Below, piece by piece: positions 20,667-30,204 of a stretch of 30,204 nt of DNA. Source of the DNA: Macrostomum lignano (Eukaryota); the NCBI GenBank assembly GCA_002269645.1, contig NIVC01000320.1:1-30204 (forward strand), given 5' to 3'. Below the pieces are notes generated by a model. The model was not told where the DNA came from, made no database searches, and was given only the letters and a program-made list of their open reading frames with translations. Position 1 is the first letter of the stretch, and every line of letters starts with the position of its first letter. The position numbers and the translations under genes were made by a program.

Positions 20667-21420
20667 TGTCACGTTATTTGATGTTGTCCGTGACCCTTAA
20701 AAGGGCCGTTTTAGTCCCAAATGAATCGAGTCAAGTCTTGATAGCGGATTTGTGTAGCGGAGCACTTGGCATACAAGGCCGGAAACTGGCCGTAGTTGGT
20801 TATTATTGTTGAGATCAATATTCGATGCGGTTAATATCAATATAGAACTTATTGCGCTTTGGGGCACTGGCGGCTGCAACAATGGTTTTGACTTGAAGGT
20901 GAGTTAGAGATTGTAGTTGAGTGGTAGGCGAGTGATGCAAGACGATGCAACGTGGTGAGTAACGGCGATGAGTACAACAGTGGCAGATGCGTAGTGGTGA
21001 GATTGGCGTTAGCCGTGGCAGACAGTGGCAGGCAGTGTAAACAGGCTGGCCCAGACAGAGAGAAGGAAAACAAGGCCGAGGACAGGCCGGGAGGAAGAGA
21101 GAAGCACAGATAAGGACGGGAGTGAGGAGTGCCGCCGCCAGGCGGGGGTTTAATAAAGGAGCGCAGAGGGGGGTAGCGCGAAGCACGAGTGGTTTTCATT
21201 GGCTGGCGAGAGAACTTAAAATTATCGATCGTGCCAATTTTATACGGTCGCAAGAGAGGATAGCAAAATATACAGTGAATTAGAAATTGCCACAAAATCG
21301 TTGGGCTCTACTATAAGTAAACGTTAAAATAAACTATTGGAGAAATTAATATGAGAAATTACAAGGGAAAATATAGTCCAGCGGCCCTTTTCGGGACCAC
21401 CTTAAACTGACAACGTCACA
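20667..21420. mobile_element. Solo LTR (Ty3/Gypsy-like), 754 bp
   Basis: TG...CA ends with an inverted terminus (TGTCACGTT ... AACGTCACA) and a 4-bp TSD ATTA (20663-66, 21421-24). It is non-coding and contains TATA-, CCAAT- and AATAAA/ATTAAA-like motifs. Confidence 0.75.
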
Positions 21421-21931
21421 ATTACGACCAAGTGCGGCTGGTGCGGGGTCCAGGGTTCGAGAGCGCCTGGGGCTCGGGGTGTCGGTGCCAACTTGGAGGA
21501 CAGTCGACCGGCCCGGCAAGCAAGCAGGTTACCAAACGATGTAAATCACAGATCTTCTCTCTCTCGAACCAGCATCACGCACACAAATTCGAACTCTTGA
21601 CTTCATAAAAATATTAAAAATGTTTTTGCTTGAAGTCATCTGTGTAATAATAATTAATACAAAAACAATTAATTAGAGAAACCCGTTTTTGAATTGGATA
21701 ATTTATTTAAACTGTAGAAAAATCTTGAAACAATATTATTGTTTTACTCGTATTTTAGTTAGATAATATGAAATTGATTTGGGTAATGTACGTATCAGTT
21801 TATAGAAGAAGCTGGGGATTTTCTATCTCAGAGTAATGTGCCAATCGAATTGTGCCAACTCAGTAAAATCAATAGAGTGAAATATCTATTGTAAAAATTA
21901 GTAGTCTACTAAATCAACTACGGCTATTAAG

Positions 21932-22192
21932 TAATAATAATGGCCAAATATGCAACCGACAGCTCAGCCGCAGCTATTGTGCGTCGCATCTGAAGGCTGC
22001 GTACGGCTGTTCAGTCCAAGGATTAGGGGAGGGGGTCGCCACACACACACCATCAATTATTCCAGCTAATGCTGGCACCAATTTTACAGCTTAGGGTGAA
22101 CTGAAGCAATCGCTCAAAGACACAAATTGTTCACAACTGGGTCGAAAATCGAACCCCCCGACCTTTCAATAGTGAGTCCGAAGCTGTGGTCT
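21932..22192 (-). mobile_element. Degenerate tRNA-derived SINE
   Basis: On the minus strand: a B-box-like GGTTCGATT (22155-22147) in a tRNA-like head, a central segment TTCAGTTCACCCTAAGCTGTAAAATTGGTGCC resembling (from memory) conserved metazoan SINE core domains, and a (TTA)n tail at 21940-21932. The A box is not recognisable. Confidence 0.55.
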
Positions 22193-22272
22193 TAATAAAA
22201 ATTAGAAAGATTAAAGATCGAAAACGTCATAACAGGGATAGTTAGGATAATGATCACTTTGTGCATCATCAG

Positions 22273-23082
22273 TCACTCGCTTAGTACGCAGACTTTTTGA
22301 GCCGCAGCGTCGATCTCAGCCTGCTCACGCTGCTTTCCCTTGATCGTGGCCTCCGCCAGCTCCAAATACTTGGACAGAACTTGAATCTCCGTAGCTTTTC
22401 CTGCCAAACTGTCTGCCTGGGAGTTGAGCTGTCGAATTTTGTCCTCCAGCAGGTTTAGGTCGTTTTTAAGAGCATCGATCAGCTGGTTCAGGCGACTAAT
22501 CCGATCATAGGCTTTGAAGGCAATCAGGCAGGCACCGCCGCTCGCTACTAGAAGTGGTGGCGCCACAAGGCCAGACATGAGAGCTACCTGACTGGCACAT
22601 ATCAGGCCAGCCAGAGTGAGGCCCCCTCCATATAAAACAGTGTTCGACTTTGACTCATTAGCCGAATTGATGTCCACCTTGCACCGTTCAGCCAGGTCTG
22701 TCGCAGATCTTAGCGCCGACTGCAGAACTTCGTCTAGTTTAGCATAAGAAGAATTAATCTTCCTAGCAGCGGGCAGCAAGTCTTGAATCAGTGAGAGCAT
22801 TCGCCTGTTGTCGACTCCCATTTTCATTTTCTCTTGAACTCGTTCCCATCCGCTCAGGAAGAGCTGACAGTCCGCCTCGAACTCTCTCGCCGACTTTTCG
22901 CACTGCCTGATCATGTTGGCGAGTTTTGTCTGGATCTCTGACTTAATCCTAGCTTCGGATTGAGTCAGCTGAGCAAGTTATTTGCCAAAAACTTCATTAA
23001 GCTCTTTGGCCAGTTGAGTGCAGTCCTTAACAGTGCCAACCGCACTTCCGATAATTTCAAATATGTCTTTTAAGTTGGACAT
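22273..23082 (-). pseudogene. Intronless coiled-coil protein with a central hydrophobic hairpin (269 codons) and one in-frame TAA; pseudogene or base-call error
   Basis: AAAAT-ATG at 23082 (MSNLKDIFEIIGSAVGTVKDC..VFGK), TAA at 22980-22978, then the same frame continues LAQLTQSE.. into ORF 22914-22273. Hydrophobic stretch VLYGGGLTLAGLICASQVALMSGLVAPPLLVASGGACLIAF lies between heptad-rich helices. Confidence 0.7.
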
Positions 23083-24562
23083 ATTTTCTTGCAGCAATAT
23101 GAGAAAATACACCGAAGGCACGGAATAACTGGATACAGATTGTCATAACACTGAGAAAATGTGAAAGCAGTTGTATTTATTGACCCTCAGCATACGTACA
23201 TCAAAAGGGGAACTTCACTTTTGGGTGTATACTTTGATGTACGAGAAATTTTAATGCCTTCTCCCCTTGCACATGGCAGTGAATAGAGATTACTTTCACA
23301 CTACTCAGACAGCGCAAAAATGTACACATTCAATTTAGAAAAAGATGCATGCTCGCTTACTCATTCATTTGAAGGACAATGCGGGCTATAGTGTATAAGA
23401 TTCTGCTAATTTATATAATTCCACTTTTCCTTTAGCGGTTTAAAGTAAGCTAGGCATTATTTAAAGTACATGCGTAAATAGCATCAATGAATTATGTACA
23501 GGGTACTGGCTGAGTGAAAAAATCATTAAATTATTTTTTTAAATACAGGTTTTTAATAAATTTATGAGATACTTATGAGCTCTTATAATTGATTAGTCAA
23601 TTGTAGACAATTGTTAGGACAATTGTAAAATTAGACATGCTGTAATTCTGAGCTGGTATCTTACTTTTGCTGCAAATCTTCTTTCTTCTCTGGCAACTTT
23701 CCGGCTGGCAAAAAACAAATGCAAAAAATAAAAAGGAGACTAAAAGAGAATTTCCAAAGCTTTTTTATCGGGATTTCTGGGCGAATCGCAGTAGTAGAAA
23801 ACCTAAGGGTATACAGACTCCAGAGAACTATAGAGGTTTCAGCTGAATCCTTGCATTGGAATTAGTGTACTTGCTGATACATGCACAGCGTAAATTGAGC
23901 TTCAATATAAATTGAATTAATCTTTGTGCTCTTTGTCTTTGATGTAACGACGAAATCATTATTTGCAATTTTCGATCCAAAGCCCATATGCCAAGCCCGG
24001 CCTCGTCCAACATCAGATCTGTATGTAAATGTTTTAAATTAGATTATAAAGAAGGTACCAATGAATAGTTTAAGTTTTTTGTGTGTTTACATATAATTTA
24101 CCGACCATTTGAATTTTTGTCTAAAATAACTTTAGATCTATCTATCTTAAAGGCAAAGAAAGATATGTTGGTTAAAAATAACGACATGGACCAGTCCAGT
24201 TAGCTATAATAACAAGCATCATTAAAATGCTTATTCAAAATTCATGGGAAGAGTGGGAGTAGAGTAGCGACAGGCTAGGTCGTTATGAAAGTTGTACATT
24301 TTGATAAGCATTTTAAATGCTGGAGTGTCGTGATATTTTTTTAAATAAGCGTCTAAAATTATTCAGATAAAATAATTTTTTAAAAGCATAAGGTATATGC
24401 ATGCAGCATTTTACGATTGTTTTACTAGTTGCTGTTGTCAAGTAACTGTTTTACGACACATTTTTAACGTGAGCCACTCGCGCTATATTGTTCAAGCGTA
24501 GACCTACGATAGTTTACAGTTATTTGTATAACTTTATTGATTATTATATATCTCGATTAAAG

Positions 24563-27500
24563 ATGAAGTCATCCCGTCCAGAACAGTGCATATGCGAAAT
24601 TTGTAACTGTGGGTAAGTAATGAAGCTCTTAAAATAGCTGCTCATCCTTATTTTAAATAGTATTACCGTACCTTATTGCTTTTGCCAAAGGAAGACAGAT
24701 TTTAGCGCAGATTTTCGTGGAATAAAAGATTAGCTAGTTTCAAGTAATTTCAAAAATTTTAAAGTGAAATAATTTCAGTTAATTATCAAGGACAATTTTA
24801 AACTTCAATTCACTGAATTATGTTTTCTATTTGAATGAACTTAATTTTTAAGTTTAACAAATATTTTTTTAAACTTGTCAAGTTAGGTTTATCTTTGGAC
24901 GTTCATTAATTGGTGGATTTTTCGAATTCTTCCTCTATGCTAAAAATATACTGATAATAAATTAGTTTTCATTTGTCAAAAGTGATTAATGTCAATGAAG
25001 ACTGTAATGAGCTAGTTATCAGTAGTTTAATTGAGTACCGATGAGTAGGGACACACAAGTTCTTAAAATTCAGAATAAAATACTTAAAACAATTCCACAT
25101 TATTAAAAACTTTCATGTATAAGTATACTTACTGTCGAAATTAATGGCTCTCCTATTAATTAAATATTTTAGAATATTAAGTTTAGCTTTTACAGTGAAG
25201 TAAACATGGATTTTTGTTGTTTAATAAGTCTAAAATCTAGCGAATAAGAGGAACATTAATTTCATGCATAAATCTAAATCAGTGTATCATATTCCTATTA
25301 ATATTTATTATTCGAGTTATTACATTAAAAGTATTCTAGCCCATAATTTTGTCACTTCTCGACGTATTTTAAATATATCTAGTAGAAAAGATCCATCAAA
25401 TTTTGATTGCGATAATCTCAAAAAATTCTCTGCAATCCTGTCAAACCCACTCAACAGTCGGCACAGATGCAAGGTGCACCCGAATCGGCCCGTGAGCGAT
25501 GGGCCGTGCACCCTGTCCGAGTACAACAACAAGTACATTCAGCACCCCATGCAGCCCGTGTCCAGTTACAAACCGGCGGCCCGGCCGGCGGCCGGGGACG
25601 GCCCGCTGTCCGACCAGACCACCAACCGGGTGGACTACGTGCCGCACCCTCTGGAGAGGCCGCACTTCCACCAGCCGGATCAGTACAGACAGCCCGAGGG
25701 GTCATTCGAGGACACGACCATGTACAAGAAGGACTACACGCAGAAGCAGGGCGACCGGGCCCAGCCAATCAAGCGCGAAGTGAAGCGAGGCGCGCTTGGC
25801 GAATTCCAGGTGAGCTTTAGCGATCCCCTTCAGGGAGGCCATGAGCGCCGTGCGGATTAGTGCCGAGGTCAAGGATTAGCGGAATGAGGCTTTCGGGCTG
25901 GTTTAAAAATCATGCGCACATATTTAAAAAGTTAACTTTTAATTAGCTCGTAGAGCATATCTGCTGAAGCAGAAGGACATCTCATCAATAGAAAACTGGC
26001 ATGCAGTAAAACAGCTAGGTTGGAAAACTTTTTTACCTCAAAGGGCCAGATAAGAATCCAGCTAATGGCTAGAATTCTAGATAAGAATTCCAGAGAAAAG
26101 AGAAAAGAGGAGATGAGAGATGAGAGAAGAGGGAAGGGAGAGGTCAGAGAGCGGTGAGAGAAGAAATGGAATGAGAGATGGAATGAGATGGATGAGACTT
26201 TCCCAGGGTTGCATCCTTGGACGTTTGTCCATCCATTCATGTTAATTTGTCTTTCAATGGTGCTTCCTTTTGAAAAATGCATAAATACCGTAGAAGCGTG
26301 GCTGTTTATGAACCAGTCTTTAAGCAATTTAGTTGAGACGAATGACTTTGACTACTTTTTTGAGTAGTATGAAAAGCCCATGAAGTTCAGCTTCACTCCA
26401 ACTTGCTGCTGCGCGCGCGCAGGGCGAGCCGACTTACAAGCACGACTACCGGCAGTGGGAGCTGACCAAGCCGGACCGCGGCGGTCCCCAGAACACCTGG
26501 CAGCCGCCGCGCGACCCCTTTGGCGGCATCCCGACCTACCAGACCGACTATGTACCCTACGCCGTCAGGCCGACGGCCAGCTTCAAGCCGAACGAGGCGG
26601 CGAAGCTGTCGCAGGCTCCGCTGGAGGACATGACTGACTATCGCCAGTCGTACGTGCCGCACCCGCTCGAGCGGCGGCAGGAACGCGAGCGACTCGGCTG
26701 GAGCCGCCCGGCCGTCCCGTTCGACGGCATGAGCACCTTCACGCGGGACTACACGGCCAAGGGCACCGCCGTGCGCGCCCCCATGAAGCCGGACGCCAGG
26801 CCGCACGCGTCCGACGCGCCGTTCCACGACGACACGACACACCGCGTGGACTACAAGCCCTGGGAACTGTCCAGGCCCTTCGTGCACCAGTCTGACACCT
26901 ACGTGCCGCCAGAGGGCACCATCGACGACACGACGACCTACGTGAAGGACTACCCGGCGCACCCGCTGGTCCGGCAGACCTATTCCAAGAAACCGGACCG
27001 CGGACTGCCAAGCGGACCGTTCGATGACGCCACGGACTACAAGTGAGTACCAAGGACTACTCAAGTAGAAGGACGGGAAATTACGTTTCTTGGAAAATCG
27101 TTTACCGAAAAAGGCATTACGGAGAATCGAGCTTTTCATTCTTAGCCGACTGTGTTACAAATGTGCAACCGAATGATAAAATTAATTCGTGAAACCAATG
27201 AGTCTAACGGTGCATTTTTATAATTTTTAGGCTCAGTCATACGAATTATACAGAACATAAAATCCTGATTTTGAAACAAAAAGCTCAATGAATATCAATA
27301 GTGCTGTATAAGAAAGGCACAACATGTTAAAAGATGTTTAAACACTGGATCTGCCTTCTATCAAAAGCAAGAGCAATTTTTGTGCTAAAAAACTTCACTC
27401 TCCGAATGCCATTTTTATGAAACCGGCCTCCATAAAATTTTATAAGAAAGCTCATACTTGAGTAGTCCCAGATGAGTACTCATAGAGCTGATCTCATCCC

Positions 27501-27990
27501 TGTCTGTGCACGTTTTGCAACACACACATGGATTCTATTCCTATATTTACCCTGGAGATATCAATTTTAAGAGCTTAAACCATAGGAGCAGCGACATTAT
27601 GAAATTTGTAATTTCAGTCTTGACTGTCATGGTAAACAAAGAGCCGTGAATTCCGTCATCACATGTACTTTATACGATCGGAGAGACGCAGTGTTAGACC
27701 AAAGATCAAATTGCGCCCAGCTAAGCCTGACTCAAAATCTTCAAAGGCGCCGCCGGTCCCGGCCCGCAACCCCCCCCCCCCCGCAGAGATAATTACCGCC
27801 AGTGGCAGATGGGCAGCCGTGTGCGCGCCGGGCCGAACCAGCAGTACCAGCCGAATCCGGCGCCATTCGAGGGCCAGAGCACAACCTCGTCGCACTACGT
27901 GCCGCACCCGCTCGACCTTCGGCGCAGCTTCAAGCCGACGCAGGGAGCGGCCCGCGGCGAGGAGCCCTTTGATGGCACCACGCTGTACCG
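24563..27990 (+). CDS. SAXO: SAXO/FAM154-family stabilizer of axonemal microtubules, first four coding exons; the gene continues beyond 27990
   Basis: Exons 24563-24612 (MKSSRPEQCICEICNCG|gtaagt), 25458-25809, 26423-27042 and 27787-27990 (|gtgcgt); phases 2, 0, 2, 2 are consistent. The N-terminal CICEICNCGRHRC motif and ~12 Mn-type repeats (TTNRVDYVPHP, PTYKHDYRQW, TTHRVDYKPW, TTYVKDYPAHP...) support the call. Confidence 0.93.
26093..26198. repeat. Purine-rich (GA/GAT) low-complexity tract in SAXO intron 2
   Basis: Almost exclusively G/A with occasional T. Confidence 0.7.
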
Positions 27991-29422
27991 GTGCGTCCCA
28001 ACCGGAGGGTTGCACTTTTATTTTCTCCATCGAAAATTCTAAGAAATGCATATTTTCTGCACGACACAAATCATTGGGTTGACACTCAGAATCAGGTGCA
28101 ACTTTTTAGCCGCGGCAGCTCCCAGCCCCCTCCTGATCAAGCACCGGCAGCGAAGCTTATTTGCGCAGTGTCAACGCCCCCGGGCGGAAATCCAATAACT
28201 TGCTGTAGAGCAGGTTGGCACAGCCAGCCCACCATCCCGAACCATGCAGCCAGCCGGCAGAAATTCTAAACCAGCGAATGCTTTATTTTTTCAAGTTTCC
28301 CATTTCGCCTAGCCAAGGCCTTCGCTGCGCCGCCTGCAGCTGCCACCAGTCCGGATAGTGCCCTCTGCGTGTTTCTGACAAAAGTACAACATTTAATCTC
28401 CGCGCGCCTTCAGCGAAATCCAAGCAGAACTGGAGGTGGCCGACCTGAATTATGCCCGGCAGCTGTGGCTGGCCTGTCCCCAGCCTCTTTCCTCGCCCAG
28501 ATTCCCTATCGCTTCATCTATATGGCTCCCCAACAATGGCTCGGCATTTCCCTCCTAGACAAGTTCGGATGGCGGTTTACTACTTGGGAAGTTGGAAATT
28601 TTGAACAAACAAACCACGGAAGGTCAGGTTAGGGAAGCAGGTTGATGCTAGGGCTACTTGGAACAGGTCTTCCTGGAGGTTTCCTCCCCCTAGCAATCCT
28701 TCCGCACTATTGACTAGTCCTGATTGATTGACCCCGCCAGCGCATTGATTGCCTGACTGACGGGAGGTCTCGGCCACCTTGGCGGCTGGTGGCGCACGCT
28801 TCCTTCCTTTCCGCGTCACCTGGGCAGCCCGGCAGAGTGACAGGCCGTCCCGTTAGCACGCAGTGAAGAAAAAGGCTTGGAAACACGGCGATAGACTTCC
28901 TTGTTGTCCCCGGTCCTGCTCAGCTGAGAACAGGCGGGACGGGCTCGAATGATTTTAGCGAGTAGGCCGGCCTGTGCAGTCAGGCATGGGCTGGGGGGGG
29001 CTGTAAATCTGCCATCCGCCATTCACCCGTTCGGCCGCAGCTGCGGCAACTCAGCTGAGGTGAGGTGGGCTGGGGGACTCGGACTCTCTCTCGAAGGGTT
29101 GTAAACTGGTGCAGCAATGAGGCAGGGAAATTTCGGAGCAGCGTAGATATTCGATTTTGCCCGCGCTCCGGCCGCATCCTCCCGGCCTCAGAGGGCCCAT
29201 CCGGTAGGTTCTGTAAATTTTTCAGGATCTCGCAAATTCGCCCGAGACTCATTCCCGCGAGCTGGGGGTCCGGCTGGCTGCAAATTTCCTGCACTGCCCT
29301 CCTGTGGATGTCCACGGGCCAGGGGGCTGGCAGGGCGGGAGAGAGATATGGCAGGGATACCCAGACTGTGCGACATGATGAATGAAAACAACTGCTGCAT
29401 TGCTGCGTGACAGGAAACAGTG

Positions 29423-30204
<782 letters not shown>

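Noticed and set aside
20715-21380. Histone gene(s) between the two stem-loop-like motifs
   Set aside because: No histone-like ORF on either strand; the region is better explained as a solo LTR.
22140-22195. tRNA gene
   Set aside because: Only a B-box-like arm is present, with no cloverleaf; interpreted as a SINE head.
26012-26052. hAT/Charlie-like terminus (GGTTGGAAAACTTTTT..AAAGGGCCAGATA)
   Set aside because: It resembles such ends from memory, but I found no matching opposite terminus or 8-bp TSD.

Overview
Eukaryotic (metazoan) genomic DNA with GC-rich exons, AT-rich spacers, GT-AG introns and many minisatellites. The style suggests a free-living flatworm such as Macrostomum, which is an inference I did not verify. 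Left to right: (1) the 3' six exons of a WD40-repeat gene (+, 1-5854), with a different minisatellite in every intron and four small frameshifts; (2) a 66-bp array with an inverted copy of its own unit beside it; (3) one or two orphan multi-pass membrane genes (+, ~8.5-13.5 kb) separated by a TA-flanked MITE; (4) a DEG/ENaC channel (+) whose long ORF 14851-16545 is intronless, convergent with a 3-exon perilipin gene (-, 18346-17018); (5) a dense transposon cluster: an RTE LINE fragment with a 10-bp TSD that contains a second LINE fragment with a 14-bp TSD, then a solo LTR with an ATTA TSD and a tRNA-derived SINE; (6) an intronless coiled-coil/hydrophobic-hairpin gene (-, 23082-22273) with one in-frame TAA; (7) the first four coding exons of a SAXO microtubule-inner-protein gene (+, 24563-27990), ending in a long (GACA)n array. 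Most long ORFs in the supplied track are repeat artefacts. I found no prokaryotic features, CRISPR arrays, rRNA or intact tRNA. I found no demonstrably new biological system. The best candidates for follow-up are the splice-signal-like intronic minisatellites, the ApoL/ClyA-like gene and the nested TE cluster.
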